From an uncultured delta proteobacterium (GTDB taxonomy: Bacteria; Myxococcota; Myxococcia; SLRQ01): a DNA stretch of 64,000 nucleotides. Made by a program: the position numbers and the translations under genes. The DNA lies in the NCBI GenBank assembly GCA_963727485.1, contig CAVSGM010000001.1, positions 1 through 64,000 on the forward strand, given 5' to 3'. A model generated the notes under the pieces. That model had not been told where the DNA came from. It searched no databases and saw nothing but the letters and a program-made list of their open reading frames with translations. This document shows, in pieces, positions 1 to 13,212 of the stretch; positions within the stretch are counted from its first letter, which is position 1; each line of letters opens with the position of its first letter.

Positions 1-50
1 ACCCGTCTCGACGAGGCCGGCGGTCGGCGAGCTCGTCGGCGCACCCCGCG

Positions 51-1563
51 CTACTCCGCGCGGGCGTCGGCAATCTCGTGAGGCAGCGGAGGCGGCGGGC
101 CGCCGGCGATGGCCGCCTCGACCGCAGTGCGCAGGTAGGCCTTCGGATAGATGCCGACCAGCTTGCACGCGTCGACCACGCTGTAGAGCATCGCTGCCAC
201 CTCGGCGCCGCGTCTCGACTTGGACCCGTAGTGGTCTTCCCCCCAGCACCACGCCTCGCATCGCGCGCTCCGCCGCGTTGTTGTCCAGCGGCACGCGGGG
301 GTCACCCAGGAAGCGCGTCAGCGGCTCCCACAGGTCGAGCAGGTAACGGACGCCTTGCCAAGCCCGCTGCGCGGAAGCACCGTCGGTGCCGTCTCGATGG
401 CCCAGGCCTTGATGCGCGCCACGATGGCCTGCGAGCGCTCACTTCGCAGCCTCGCCCGCAGCTCGAACGTGCCTTCGCCTCGTCACCGACCAGCCGCCCG
501 CTCGGCACCTCGCGCTCCACCGCGTAGAGCTCCCCGAATGAGATGAGGATCTCCCCGCAGCGCACCGGATCCTGCGCCTCCGCCTCCACGTACTTCCGCC
601 TTGCGTGCGCCCAGCACCCCGCCAGCACCAGGCGGGGGCCGTCCCGCGCGAGCCGTTGGTAGCCTGTACCGTCGGCCACCAGCACCCCCTCGTAGCCTTC
701 GAGCAGCTCGGCCGCGGCCCGCTTCCCCCGCGTGTCCGCCATCCGGTAGTAGACCGCGTCCTCACTCGCGGCGCCCCAGCACTGCCAGCGCTTCTTCGCG
801 CCGTTGAGCATGCGCCAGGGCGTCTCGTCCGCGTGCAGGACGCCCGCCTTCTTCACCTGCTCCCCAATCCGCTCGTACAGGCCCGGCAGCCATCCTGCGA
901 GCGCATTGATCTGGTCCCACAGCGTCTGCGAGTCCACGCGCAGGCCCTCGCGCGCCATGATCGCCACCTGGCGCTCCAGCGGCACGTGGTCGCCGTACTT
1001 GCCGACCGCCACCTCCACCGCGAAGCCGATGCCGTACCGGCCTCCAGGGATGAGCTTCGGCGGCGCCGGTGCCGTCTCCACGTGCGCGTTGCAGCCGCAC
1101 CGGTACTTCTTCCGCCGGTGCTTCACCAGCACGAAGCGCCGCTCGATGACGTCGATCTCCTCGCTCTCCTCGTACTGCTCCTTCATCTCACCGAGCTCGC
1201 CGCCGCACTTCGGACAGACCCGGTCGGGCTCGTCGAGCTCGTGCACCTTCTCCACCATCGGGAGGTCGGGCTGCACGCGCGGCCCGTGCCCCTTGCGCGG
1301 CTTCGGCTCCTGCTCGCGCAGCCTCACTCGCGGACGCTGCTCGGAGCTGTCGCCAAAGAGCCGGTGCCGGGCGTTCTCCAGCTGCGCCTCCACCTCGGCC
1401 AACTGAAGCTCGAGCTCCGCCTGATCCCTTCCCTGCGCCCGCATCAGCCGCTGCGTGAGCTCGACCACCTTGCGCGTCAGCCGGCGGTTCTCCGCCTCCA
1501 GCAGCATCGCCGCCTTGCGCAGGATCTTCCGGGTCCTTCTCGGTCTCCAGCCGGATCGCCACG
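51..1563 (-). CDS. tnpC: IS66 transposase TnpC (several frameshifts; start approximate)
   Basis: Coiled-coil N-terminus with LFGDSSE, CPKCGG zinc finger, KYGDHVPLERQ, LHADET, GCWAHARRK and C-terminal YSVVDACKL, spread across ORFs 1188-1625, 302-1621 and 51-305. Confidence 0.9.
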
Positions 1564-1625
1564 ACACCTTCATCGCACGCGCGCGATCCCGCCGCCATCG
1601 ATCGAATGACGGATGGGACACGCAC

Positions 1626-1988
1626 CTACACGCGCGCCGCGAGCGAGAAGGCCGGCGGCGAGAGCGAGACCTTGCCGACCAGGCGGCTGCCCTCCAGGAA
1701 GAGCGCGAGCTCGCTCATCGTCATCTCCAGCGGACCCTCGCCGTGCTCCCACGGCGCCCCGAAGCGCCCGCGCTCGAGCCGCTTGGCGTACACGCACAGG
1801 CCCGTGCCGTCCCACAAGAGCGCCTTCGCACGCTGCCGGTTCCGGGCGACGAAGAGGTAGACGTCGCCCGAGAGCGGGTCGCGCCCCAGCCCCTGCTGGA
1901 CCAGCGCCGACAGGCCGTCAAAGCCCTTGCGCATGTCGACCGGACCGGCGAAGGCGAAGACTCGCAGCTGACGGGTCGAGCCGATCAT
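1626..1988 (-). CDS. tnpB: IS66 accessory protein TnpB
   Basis: PVDMRKGFDGL...DPLSGDVYLF...KALLWDGTGLCVYAKRLERGRF signature. Confidence 0.95.
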   Translation of the reverse strand: MIGSTRQLRVFAFAGPVDMRKGFDGLSALVQQGLGRDPLSGDVYLFVARNRQRAKALLWDGTGLCVYAKRLERGRFGAPWEHGEGPLEMTMSELALFLEGSRLVGKVSLSPPAFSLAARV

Positions 1989-2337
1989 GCCAGCTGCGAG
2001 AGAAGGGCCACGACCCCACCGAGGTCGAGACCCTCGACGCGGATGCCGCTCGGCAGGACGACCACGGGGCGGGGATCCTCGCGGTGCTCGACCACGGCCA
2101 CCTCATGGAAGCACGGCTTCGCCGGCGCCGGCCCCCCGGCCTTCGCCCACCGGCGCAGCGACGTGACCCGGATGCCGAGCTGCTTGGCGACCTGCGCACC
2201 GCTGATCCCAGAGGCTCGGGCCTCGCGAAGCAGACCGACCGCCTCCTCTCGCAGCTCCGCGGGGAAGCGCCTGCCGACCCCTCGCTCCGGCACCCGGCGA
2301 TCGAGCTCACGACGCAACCGTCTCGCTTGGCCTTCAT
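1985..2337 (-). CDS. tnpA: IS66 TnpA-like HTH protein (probable frameshift just after the ATG)
   Basis: RRFPAELREEAV...GAQVAKQLGIRVTSLRRW helix-turn-helix, then VVVLPSGIRVEGL; overlaps the tnpB start. Confidence 0.8.
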
Positions 2338-2397
2338 GCCCGCGAGTGTCGGGCACCACGCCGTCCCCCGTCACGACGGGGTCGGGCGAGGAGCTAC

Positions 2398-2919
2398 GAC
2401 GAGTCCATATTCGACCAGGTACGCGCCGCCTTCTTCGCGGCGTTCGTCTGCACCGAGTCGGCCTACCAAGTAGCCGGAATGGATCCCTTCTTGGCCTTCG
2501 CAGCTCCCGAGGCTGATGGGGCATCCATGATTGATGCGGCGGGGGGAAGCATGGGCAGCGACGCCGCACTCCTGGATGCCTACGTCGCGGAAGAGGAAGA
2601 CGGAGCACCGCCTGTCCTGTATCACTACACGAGCAAGGAGGCGCTGGTGGGCCTCAGGCAATCGCCGCTCTATGCCAATTCGTCCGCCACCGATGTTGGT
2701 ACATACACCCCGGAGGAGGCCAGCCAGAGGCTCGGCGTCCCACCTGAGACTACAGATGTGGTAATCACCTACACCGCAGACGCCAAGGCTTGGGTGCCCG
2801 AGGATCCGCCAGTTGTTGGACCGCACAAGTGGGGAGCCGGGGGCGGCAGGTCGTGGCGCAATGTGCTCCCCATAGAACCCGGTAACATTCGATCAGTTAG
2901 GTGGCTGAAGCCACAATGA
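2398..2919 (+). pseudogene. C-terminal polymorphic toxin domain (LYHYT, ADP-ribosyltransferase HYD1-like), cut off from its N-terminus by IS66
   Basis: The frame of ORF 2479-2919 stays open back to the IS end at 2398. LYHYTS, YTPEEASQRLGVP and GGG motifs; codon usage less GC-biased than the host; Rhs context. Confidence 0.6.
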
Positions 2920-3239
2920 ATGCCAAGCTCATTCAGCTAGTCACGAGGGAACTTTCGGATCGAGGCTTTGCCTCGGATGGTACTGCACCAAATGGGACCA
3001 TGGCGCTGGCACGCGCCTACCTTGAGGTGGTGGAGCTCTCTGACCTCTTGGAACTGATGGCCATACGGCGGTACAAGCTGATCTGGTCAGTGACGACCAT
3101 TGGCCAGGAGGCCGTCGACCTTTCCTATGACGATGTGTCGAAGGTCATCGACGCCATCAAGACGGTCATTGAGCGCCTCCTCTTGCCAACTGCTAGGAGC
3201 CAGACGGCGATGCGGGCTAGCTTGTCCTGCTCTTGTTAG
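2916..3239 (+). CDS. Putative immunity protein for the upstream toxin
   Basis: ATG overlaps the toxin stop (ATGA at 2916-2919); small helical protein with atypical codon usage. Confidence 0.55.
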   Translation: MNAKLIQLVTRELSDRGFASDGTAPNGTMALARAYLEVVELSDLLELMAIRRYKLIWSVTTIGQEAVDLSYDDVSKVIDAIKTVIERLLLPTARSQTAMRASLSCSC

Positions 3240-3256
3240 GTGGAGACTGGGCCTGA

Positions 3257-4681
3257 CCCAGTCGCGTTAGCAGCTTCGGCACCGGCACCTACAGCTACGG
3301 CAACCCGGCGCCGCACCAGCTCACCCGGATCGGCACCAGCGGGCTGTTCACCTACGACGCCGACGGGAACGTCACCACCGACGGCAGCACCGGGGCGACC
3401 TACACCTACGACGTGGAGAACCGGGTCGCCACGGCGACCGGGCCGTCAGCCGGCACGGGCTTCACCTTCCACTACGGCCCCCAGGGCGGCCGGATCCGGA
3501 AGACCGGCACCGTCGGCTACGGCTCGCAGTGGGTCGACTACTACGGCCCCGAGCTGGAGTCGAGCTACGTCGGGAGCGCGTTCCACACGGACCGCTACGT
3601 GCTCTGGGGCGGCCAGCGGATCGTCAAGGTGCACGACGGCGAGCTGGTGTACCTGCACCCGGACGTCGAGGGGAGCGTCTCGGTGTACAGCAGCAGCGCC
3701 GGGATCCCGCTGGAGCGGCGGACCTATGCGCCCTACGGGTCGCTGTACCCGGCGCCGACCGGCTCGACGCTGACGTTCACGCCGAGGTACGGGTACGCCG
3801 GGTCGGAGGAGGACCACAACCTGGGGCTCTTGCACCTCGGGCCGCGGGAGGACTCCACGTCGCTGGGCCTGATGCTCCAGCCGGACCCGCTCGGGCCCCA
3901 GGGCCGGTCGCCCAAGGAGCTGAACCCGTATGCCTACGCGGACTTCAACCCGATCTTCTACAAGGATCCAAGTGGCTACGTGCCTGACGAAGACATCCCC
4001 GAGCCTGGCGGTCCCTACACGGCCTGGGAGATTGACCAGGGCGAAGGCGGCTTCGGGAGCTCTGAGCCAGTGTTGCAGGAGCCCGGAGGAGGTGGAAGTT
4101 CCGGTGATGCAACGACAGATACGGCTACCACGGATAGTACTTCCCAGGATGCGAGCACCAGCGATAGCTCGTCGAAGGAGTCCAACAGCAACAACGCGAA
4201 GGGGAAAGCGGGCACCCCGGCGGCGGGGCCACCAAGTGACGTCACGCCGCAGGCGGAAGGCAACGCCGGCTCGGAAGGGTCCGGCCGTGGCGGCGCGGGC
4301 GGAGCAACAGGGACAGCGGCCAACTCACCACCGACTGATGTCACGCCACAGGCGAGAGGCGGCGTCAGTTCAAGCGGCAGTAGCGGCGGCCCCAGTGTGC
4401 AGGGGGGCGGCCAAGGTGGGGAACGTGGTACCATCGTGGTCGATGAACATGGAAATGCGGTGGTGACGCCGCCTGGTGGGCGCGTCGATAGCTCTCCCGA
4501 CGGGAGGTTTGTCCAGGCGAAGGATGCCGAAGGCCAACCCACGGGCGTCCGCCTTGATGGACCGCACAACCCGGCAAGGCATCCGGACCCTCGAGCACAG
4601 GCGCCACACGCGCACGTGCCTGGCGTAACAAACGAAGATGGTACTCCGTGGCTGCCAGTGTACCCAAAGGGAGGAACCTGA
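3257..4681 (+). CDS. Orphan Rhs core fragment with C-terminal toxin domain
   Basis: YD repeats (FTYDADGN, YTYDVENR), YLHPDVEGSV, RTYAPYG, LNPYAYADFNPIFYKDPSG core end, then a Gly/Ser linker and a PHAH-containing C-terminus. The frame opens after TGA 3254-3256 with no start codon until GTG 3413. Confidence 0.85.
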   Translation, partial: PSRVSSFGTGTYSYGNPAPHQLTRIGTSGLFTYDADGNVTTDGSTGATYTYDVENRVATATGPSAGTGFTFHYGPQGGRIRKTGTVGYGSQWVDYYGPELESSYVGSAFHTDRYVLWGGQRIVKVHDGELVYLHPDVEGSVSVYSSSAGIPLERRTYAPYGSLYPAPTGSTLTFTPRYGYAGSEEDHNLGLLHLGPREDSTSLGLMLQPDPLGPQGRSPKELNPYAYADFNPIFYKDPSGYVPDEDIPEPGGPYTAWEIDQGEGGFGSSEPVLQEPGGGGSSGDATTDTATTDSTSQDASTSDSSSKESNSNNAKGKAGTPAAGPPSDVTPQAEGNAGSEGSGRGGAGGATGTAANSPPTDVTPQARGGVSSSGSSGGPSVQGGGQGGERGTIVVDEHGNAVVTPPGGRVDSSPDGRFVQAKDAEGQPTGVRLDGPHNPARHPDPRAQAPHAHVPGVTNEDGTPWLPVYPKGGT

Positions 4682-4683
4682 CC

Positions 4684-4911
4684 GTGGCGGAATTTACCTG
4701 GGGTGACGAGGTCAGGGTTCGTGCTGATGCTCCGCCTGGTTGCCGGCCAGGCGCCGTGGGAGCTGTGTGCGGCTGGTGGACCGTCAATACGAAGGCACAA
4801 GCGATCAAGTTTGGTGTCGTCGTAGGAACGGCCCTGTATACGGTGGAGTTCGGAGATGGGAGTAGCCTGGAATTGCCAGCCATATTCCTGGAGCGTGCCG
4901 GTGGCGGCTAG
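4684..4911 (+). CDS. Putative immunity protein (small, beta-rich, SH3-like)
   Basis: GTG 2 nt after the Rhs stop with GGAGG upstream; FTWGDEVRV...LYTVEFGDGSSLELP pattern. Confidence 0.6.
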   Translation: MAEFTWGDEVRVRADAPPGCRPGAVGAVCGWWTVNTKAQAIKFGVVVGTALYTVEFGDGSSLELPAIFLERAGGG

Positions 4912-5162
4912 GGGCCGTGGGCCTGCCCCAGGCTGGTGGACAACCCAGAGGAGCCCATGACGGCCATGGCCACCTCGGTTCGGTCAGGGATTCTGTCCGT
5001 TCGACGGCTCTTACGAGCTGGGACGACGGGGTACGCAGCCGGGATGAGACTTCGCTGACGGGAATGGGGCCGACGCGCGCCGGGGCGGGCTGCGGGAAGC
5101 CGTCTTTGAGAACGACCGGGAGGCTGCCTCCCGCGCAGCGCTGGTAGTAGAGTACGCGTCCC

Positions 5163-7415
5163 ATGAAGACCCAGCTGCCGCTCCTCCTCGTCCTCGCCTT
5201 GGCCGCCTGCACCACCGCCAAGACGGTGCCCACCCACCCCACGGCGGCGAGCACGCCCACGGCCACGAAGACGGCCGCGCCCGAGGCCGCGACCGCCTCC
5301 GCCAAGCGCGCGACCAACGGCAACGCCAAGCCCGTCGCCAAGGCCCCTGCGAGGCCCGTCGCCAAGCCCGTCGCCAAGCCCGCCGCCAGCGCCGACCCCT
5401 ACCTCTGGCTCGAGAAGGTCAATGGCAAGCGCGCCATGGCCTGGGTGCACAAGCAGAACGCGGTCACCATGGGCTCCATCGGCAAGGACCCGAGCTTCAC
5501 CAAGGTCGAGGGTGGCATCCGCGAGGTCCTCGACTCCAAGGAGAAGATCCCCTACGTCACCCGCCGCGGGAAGTACCTCTACAACTTCTGGACCGACGCC
5601 GAGCACCCCCACGGCCTCTGGCGCCGCACCACCTTGCGGGAGTACCGCAAGGCCCACCCCAAGTGGCAGGTGCTCCTCGACGTCGACGCCCTGGGCAAGA
5701 AGGAGCACCAGAGCTGGGTCTTCCACGGGGTGGAGTGCCTCAAGCCGAGGTACCGCCGGTGCCTGGTTCAGCTCTCCCCCGGCGGGTCCGACGCCGAGGT
5801 GATCCGGGAGATGGATTCGAAGACCCGGACCTTCGTGAAAGGCGGCTTCGACCTCCCGGCGGCGAAGAGCGAGGTGGCCTGGATCGACAAGGACCACATC
5901 TACGTGGGCACCGACTTCGGGAAGGGCTCGATGACCGCCTCGAGCTACCCGGCGATCATGAAGATCTGGACGCGCGGTACCCCGCTGGCGAGCGCGAAGA
6001 AGATCTACGAGGTGAAGCACACCGACCTGGCCGCCGGCGCCTGGCGCGACCTCACTCCGGGCTACAAGCGCGACTTCGTGGAGCGCCAGATCGACTTCTG
6101 GAAGAGCGAGACCTTCCTGCGCAAGAAGGACGGGTCGCTCCAGAAGATCGACGTGCCCCTCGACGCCAACCTGGGCGTGGAGCGGCAGTGGCTGACCATC
6201 GAGCTGCGCACCCCCTGGAAGGTCGGCGGCAAGACCTACCCGGCGGGCGCGCTCCTGGCGACGAACTTCGACGCCTTCATGAAGGGCGAGCGCCACCTCA
6301 CCGTGCTCTTCGAGCCCGACGGCCACACCTTCCTGTCGTCGACGAGCTGGACCCGGCACCACCTGCTGCTCAACGAGATGCACGACGTGGCCAGCCGCAT
6401 CGAGGTGCTCACCCCGCGCCGCAAGGGCGCCTGGAAGCGCCAGCCCCTGGGCGGGGCGCCGAAGCTCGCCCGGCTGGTCGCCACCGGCATCGATCCCGAC
6501 CACTCCGACGCCTACTTCCTAACCCAGGAGGGCTTCCTCCACCCCACCACCCTGGCGCGGGGCGTGGTCGGCCACGGCGCGGCGAAGATCCTCAAGCGCA
6601 CCCCGGCGTACTTCGACGCCTCCAAGGACCAGGTGCAGCAGTTCTTCGCCACCTCCAAGGACGGCACCCGGGTGCCCTACTTCATGGTCTCGCCGAAGGA
6701 CCTGAAGCTCGACGGCACCAACCCGACGCTCCTCTACGGCTACGGGGGCTTCGAGGTCTCCCTGCGGCCGTTCTACAGCGGCACCGTGGGCCGCTCCTGG
6801 CTGGCCCGCGGCGGCGTCTACGTGGTGGCCAACATCCGCGGCGGGGGCGAGTACGGGCCCAAGTGGCACGAGGCGGCGCTCAAGGCCCACCGGCTGCGTG
6901 CCTACCAGGACTTCGCCGCCGTGGCCCGGGACCTCATCGCCCGGAAGATCACCTCGCCCGCGCACCTCGCCTGCCAGGGCGGGAGCAACGGCGGGCTGCT
7001 CGTCGGCAACATGCTGACCCTCTACCCCAAGCTCTTCGGCGCCATCGCCTGCGAGGTGCCGCTCCTCGACATGAAGCGCTACACCCACATCGAGGCCGGG
7101 GCCTCGTGGATCGGCGAGTACGGCAACCCCGACGATCCCAAGCAGTGGGCCTTCATCAAGACCTTCTCGCCGTACCAGAACGTGCAGCAGGGCACGAAGT
7201 ACCCGCCGGTGATCTTCACCACCACCACCCGCGACGACCGCGTGGGCCCGCAGCACGCGCGCAAGATGGCGGCGAAGATGCTCGCCTTCGGCGACGACGT
7301 GCACTTCTACGAGAACACCGAGGGCGGCCACGGGTTCGGCGCCGACAACAAGGAGCGGGCGCGCATGGAGGCGCTGGAGTTCGTCTTCCTCTGGGAGCAC
7401 GTGCACGGACCATGA
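5163..7415 (+). CDS. Prolyl oligopeptidase (S9A) lipoprotein
   Basis: LAAC lipobox, [30 protein letters not shown] nucleophile, RDDRV and GGHG catalytic motifs. Confidence 0.95.
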   Translation: MKTQLPLLLVLALAACTTAKTVPTHPTAASTPTATKTAAPEAATASAKRATNGNAKPVAKAPARPVAKPVAKPAASADPYLWLEKVNGKRAMAWVHKQNAVTMGSIGKDPSFTKVEGGIREVLDSKEKIPYVTRRGKYLYNFWTDAEHPHGLWRRTTLREYRKAHPKWQVLLDVDALGKKEHQSWVFHGVECLKPRYRRCLVQLSPGGSDAEVIREMDSKTRTFVKGGFDLPAAKSEVAWIDKDHIYVGTDFGKGSMTASSYPAIMKIWTRGTPLASAKKIYEVKHTDLAAGAWRDLTPGYKRDFVERQIDFWKSETFLRKKDGSLQKIDVPLDANLGVERQWLTIELRTPWKVGGKTYPAGALLATNFDAFMKGERHLTVLFEPDGHTFLSSTSWTRHHLLLNEMHDVASRIEVLTPRRKGAWKRQPLGGAPKLARLVATGIDPDHSDAYFLTQEGFLHPTTLARGVVGHGAAKILKRTPAYFDASKDQVQQFFATSKDGTRVPYFMVSPKDLKLDGTNPTLLYGYGGFEVSLRPFYSGTVGRSWLARGGVYVVANIRGGGEYGPKWHEAALKAHRLRAYQDFAAVARDLIARKITSPAHLACQGGSNGGLLVGNMLTLYPKLFGAIACEVPLLDMKRYTHIEAGASWIGEYGNPDDPKQWAFIKTFSPYQNVQQGTKYPPVIFTTTTRDDRVGPQHARKMAAKMLAFGDDVHFYENTEGGHGFGADNKERARMEALEFVFLWEHVHGP

Positions 7416-8101
7416 ACCGCGGACCCGTCGACAAGCCGTCGCCCGAGGAGCGCGATCGGCTGCGCGCCGAGCGCCTGGCCGAGGTCTCGCGCTTCTACTC
7501 GCCGCTGGCCCACTTCCTGGCGACGACGATCTTCGGCGTCGGGGTCGCCGTCCTGGCGGCCCTCCAGGTGCACCACCCGAGCCTGCTCGAGCTGGGCGTC
7601 ATCCCCCTGGCGCTGGTGATCGCCAACGCCGCCGAGTGGCGCATCCACAAGAGCATCCTCCACGAGCGGCACTTCCCCTTCCAGCCGCTCTACGACCGGC
7701 ACACGCCGCAGCACCACATGATCTACGTGCACGGCGACATGGCGATGCGCGCGTGGAAGGAGACCCGCCTGGTGATGATCCCCGCCTACGGCGTGCTGCT
7801 CATCGCCATCGCCATCTTCCCGCTGGCGCTCTTGCTCTGGTGGCTCGGCATCCCCAACGTCGGCTTCCTCTACATGGCCACCAGCGTGGGCTACGTGGTC
7901 CTCTACGAGTGGCTGCACGTCACCTACCACCTGCCCGAGGACCATCCGATCTCGCGGATCGGCTTCATCAAGCGCCTCCAGCACCATCACTCGGTGCACC
8001 ACGATCCGCGGCTGATGCAGCGCTACAACTTCAACGTGACCTTCCCGGTGTGGGACCGCGTCCGCGGGACCATGGCGCCGCGCGAGGCCGTCCGGGACTG
8101 A
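7412..8101 (+). CDS. Fatty acid hydroxylase/sterol desaturase family membrane protein
   Basis: His boxes HKSILH, HTPQHH, HVTYH and HHSVHH, plus [18 protein letters not shown] overlaps the upstream stop. Confidence 0.85.
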   Translation: MNRGPVDKPSPEERDRLRAERLAEVSRFYSPLAHFLATTIFGVGVAVLAALQVHHPSLLELGVIPLALVIANAAEWRIHKSILHERHFPFQPLYDRHTPQHHMIYVHGDMAMRAWKETRLVMIPAYGVLLIAIAIFPLALLLWWLGIPNVGFLYMATSVGYVVLYEWLHVTYHLPEDHPISRIGFIKRLQHHHSVHHDPRLMQRYNFNVTFPVWDRVRGTMAPREAVRD

Positions 8102-8126
8102 CCGCGCGCGCCGCGCCCCGGCGTCC

Positions 8127-10076
<1,950 letters not shown>

Positions 10077-10077
<1 letters not shown>

Positions 10078-11324
10078 CAGGCGCCCCCCTCGCTGGCCTC
10101 GGCGGTCTTCGCGGGCACGGTCGTGGTGCGGACCTTGGCGCCGGGCTGCACCTTGCCGTCGGTGGCGGGCACCAGCCGCGCCCCCGCCGAGACCCCCGAG
10201 GCGATCTCCACCTCCCGGTCGCCGACGATCCCCAGCTTCACCGGGACCTTCGCCGTCCGCCCGTCCTGCACCAGCAGCACCCAGGGCGCGTCGCTGGTGA
10301 GGTCCCTCACCGCCTCGGCGGGGACCACCAGGGCGTCCGGCTTCCGGGCGGTCTCGATGTTCACCGACACCGTCATGTCCGGGCGCAGGTAGGCCGGGGG
10401 ATCCTTCACCGTCAGCCGCACCTCCACCGTGCCCCGATCCGGGTCCACCGCCGGGGCGATGCGGGTCACCGTGGCCTCGAAGGTGCGCTGGGGGAAGGCG
10501 TCGGCGCTGGCCACCGCGGGCTCGCCCACCCGGAGGAAGCGCAGGTTCTTCTCGTCGGTGTTCACCACCAGGAGGGTGTCACCGGCCTTGTCCAGGCGCA
10601 GCAGCGCCTTGCCCGGCTGCACGCTGTCCCCCGGCTCGACCATCCGCGCCACCACCACCCCGTCCACCGGGGCGGTGAGGCGGCTGTGGGCGAGGCGGGC
10701 CTTTGCGGCGACCACCGCGGCCTGGGCCGCCTTCACCGCGGCGACCGCCAGGCGGCTGTCGCTCCCCCCGGCGGCGCTCCCGGCGGCCTGGGCGGTGGCG
10801 ATGGTGGCGTGGGCCTTCGCCTGCTGGTAGGCCAGCCGCGCCTCGTCGAGCTGGCTCTGGCTCACCGACCCGGCCTTCCGGAGGCGCTGGGCGCGCTGGT
10901 AGGCGAGGCGCGCCCGCTCCAGGGCGAGCTTCGCCTCGTCGAGGGTGGCCCGGGCCACCGGCGACTGCACCTGGCGGAGCTGGGCGAGGCGGGCGCGCGC
11001 CTGGCCGAGGCTCGCCAAAGCCTGGTCGAGGTTCGCCTGGGCCTCCTGGTCGTCGATGGTGACGAGCAGGTCGCCCTTCTTCACCAGGCTCCCCTCGTCC
11101 ACCTTCACCTGGTCCACCGTCCCCGACACCAGGCTGCCCACCGCCACCCGGCTGGTGGACATCACGTGGCCGCTGGCGACCACGGTCTGGACGATGGGGC
11201 CGCGGTGCACCTGCACCACCGCGACCTTGGGCCCGGCGATGAGGCGGATGGTCGCGAGCACCGCCACCGGCACGGCGACGGCGGCGACGATGACCCAGAG
11301 GGCGATCTTGCGCTTCCTGGTCAC
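10077..11324 (-). CDS. Efflux periplasmic adaptor subunit (MacA/HlyD-like)
   Basis: N-terminal anchor, lipoyl motifs VDEGSLVKKGDLL and APVDGVV, coiled-coil hairpin, LRPDMTV. Confidence 0.9.
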
Positions 11325-11785
11325 GACGGGTCCTCCTGCGCCTCGTAGAGGCGCTCCGAGGCGGAGATCATCACCTTCATGGCGGCGAAGACCTGCTGAA
11401 GCTCGGCGACGGTCATCACCTCCAGGAGCCGGGCGGTGCGCATCCGGCTGTCGGCGTGGAGGCGGTAGGTGAGGGCGCGCCCGTCCTCGGTGAGGCCGAG
11501 GCGCAGGTACCGGCGGTCTGCGGGGTCGGGCTCGCGGCTCACCAGCCCGGCGACGACCAGGCGGTCGACCACGCCGCTGGCGGTGGCGACCTTCACCTGC
11601 ATCATCCTGGCGAGCTCGCCCAGCGACAGGGGACCTGCCACCAGGAGCACGAAGAGCACCTTGACCTGGGTCATGGTGAGCTCGGCGCCGAGCCACGCCA
11701 CCGGGTCGGCGTAGCCCACCGCCCGGTGCATCTGCGCCTCGAGGGCGAGGATCTGGTCGATGATCCGCTTGCGCCTGGCCGCCAC
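11321..11785 (-). CDS. MarR-family transcriptional regulator
   Basis: LTMTQVKVL...SLGELA...SGVVDRLVVAGLVSREPDPADRR...LTEDG. Confidence 0.93.
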   Translation of the reverse strand: MAARRKRIIDQILALEAQMHRAVGYADPVAWLGAELTMTQVKVLFVLLVAGPLSLGELARMMQVKVATASGVVDRLVVAGLVSREPDPADRRYLRLGLTEDGRALTYRLHADSRMRTARLLEVMTVAELQQVFAAMKVMISASERLYEAQEDPS

Positions 11786-11827
11786 GGACAGAGCCTCCCG
11801 TCGGTGGACGAGAGGCTAGGTCCGGCC

Positions 11828-11852
11828 AACAGTTCGCGCAAGCCTAACTGTT
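11828..11852. promoter_or_regulatory. Inverted repeat, probable MarR autoregulatory operator
   Basis: AACAGTT-N11-AACTGTT, AT-rich, about 45 bp upstream of the marR start. Confidence 0.6.
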
Positions 11853-11881
11853 AGCCTCCCCCGAAGTGGGTGGATCCGGCG

Positions 11882-13183
11882 CTAGTCGGTGGCGGCGATG
11901 GGGTGCTCCACCATCAGGTGCGCCTCGGGCACCGGGGGAAGCACCACCCCGAGCACCGGCTCCGGGGACAGATCGTAGGCCCGCATCCCGTGCTCGCCCA
12001 GGTCGAGGCCCAGGTGCTCCTCCTCCTCGCTGACCCGCAGGCCCATGACCTTGTCGATGGCGAAGAGCAGGGCGTAGGCGCTCACGAAGGCGAACGCCCC
12101 GACCACCGCCACCCCGACGAGCTGGTCGAGGAGCTGCCCCGGCGAGGCCAGCGAGCCGAACACCCCCACCGCCAGGGTCCCGAACACGCCGTTGACCAGG
12201 TGCACCGGCACCGCGCCCACCGGGTCGTCGATGCGCAGCTTGTCGAGGACGACGACCCCGCCGACCACCAGGAACCCGGCGATGGCGCCGACCAGCACCG
12301 CGGCCAGCGGCCCCATGACGTCGGCGCCGGCGGTGATCGCCACCAGCCCGGCGAGGATGCCGTTGAGCACCATGGAGAAGTCGGGCTTCTTGGACATCGT
12401 CCAGGAGGCCAGGGTGCTGGTGATCGCCCCGGCGGCGGCGGCGAGGTTGGTGGTCACCAGCACGTGGGAGACCATGGCCGGGTCGGCGGAGAGCACCGAG
12501 CCCCCGTTGAACCCGAACCAGCCCAGCCAGAGCATGAACACCCCGATGGTCGCCAGGGGCATCGAGTGGCCCACCACCGGGTGGACCTTCCCGCCGGCGT
12601 ACTTCCCCAGGCGGGGCCCGAGGCGCAGGGCGCCGGCGAGCGCCGCGAACCCGCCCACGGCGTGGACCATGGTCGAGCCGGCGAAGTCGTGGAACGGGTG
12701 CGAGAGGGTGTGGAGGAAGCCGCCGCCCCAGGCCCAGAACCCGGCCACCGGGTAGCACAGCGCCACGAAGATCACCGAGAACACCAGGAAGCTTGAGAGC
12801 TTCACCCGCTCGGCGACGGCGCCGGAGACGATGGTCGCCGCCGTGGCCGCGAACATCCCCTGGAAGAGGTAGTCGGTCCAGTAGGTGAACGACCCGTTGT
12901 AGTGGGCGGTGAGCCCGCCGGCGGGCACGTGGAGGCCGAAGCCCGCGAAGCCGAGGACCCCGCCGGCAAACGCCTTGCCCGGGTACATCAGGGAGAAGCC
13001 GATGGCCGCGTAGGTGAGCAGGCCGATGGCGGGGATGAGGGTGTTCTTGAAGAGCACGTTGACCGTGTTCTTCGAGCGCGTGAGCCCGGCCTCCAGGGTG
13101 GCGAAGCCCAGGTGCATCACGAACACCAGGGCGGTGGCGATCATCATCCAGAGGTTGGCGACGGTGAAGGTGACCTGCTCCAT
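11882..13183 (-). CDS. amtB: Ammonium transporter
   Basis: GFATLEAG, FQGMFAATAATIVSGAVAER, DFAGSTMVH, LWLGWFGFNGGS, IDDPVGAVPVH. Confidence 0.97.
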   Translation of the reverse strand: MEQVTFTVANLWMMIATALVFVMHLGFATLEAGLTRSKNTVNVLFKNTLIPAIGLLTYAAIGFSLMYPGKAFAGGVLGFAGFGLHVPAGGLTAHYNGSFTYWTDYLFQGMFAATAATIVSGAVAERVKLSSFLVFSVIFVALCYPVAGFWAWGGGFLHTLSHPFHDFAGSTMVHAVGGFAALAGALRLGPRLGKYAGGKVHPVVGHSMPLATIGVFMLWLGWFGFNGGSVLSADPAMVSHVLVTTNLAAAAGAITSTLASWTMSKKPDFSMVLNGILAGLVAITAGADVMGPLAAVLVGAIAGFLVVGGVVVLDKLRIDDPVGAVPVHLVNGVFGTLAVGVFGSLASPGQLLDQLVGVAVVGAFAFVSAYALLFAIDKVMGLRVSEEEEHLGLDLGEHGMRAYDLSPEPVLGVVLPPVPEAHLMVEHPIAATD

Positions 13184-13196
13184 GACGCATCACGTC

Positions 13197-13212
13197 AGCA
13201 CGGAGCGTGCCA
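13197..13212 (-). promoter_or_regulatory. sigma54 -24/-12 promoter of amtB
   Basis: - strand reads TGGCACGCTCCGTGCT against the consensus TGGCACG-N4-TTGCW, with correct GG/GC spacing. Confidence 0.75.

Larger units (their letters stand above)
1..2397 (-). mobile_element. IS66-family insertion sequence (tnpA-tnpB-tnpC); far end truncated by window edge
   Basis: Canonical three-gene order on - strand. The - strand terminus starts GTAGCTCCTCGCCCGACCCCGTCGTGACG at 2397; bases 1-13 (ACCCGTCTCGACG) resemble the inner part of the partner inverted repeat. Confidence 0.88.
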
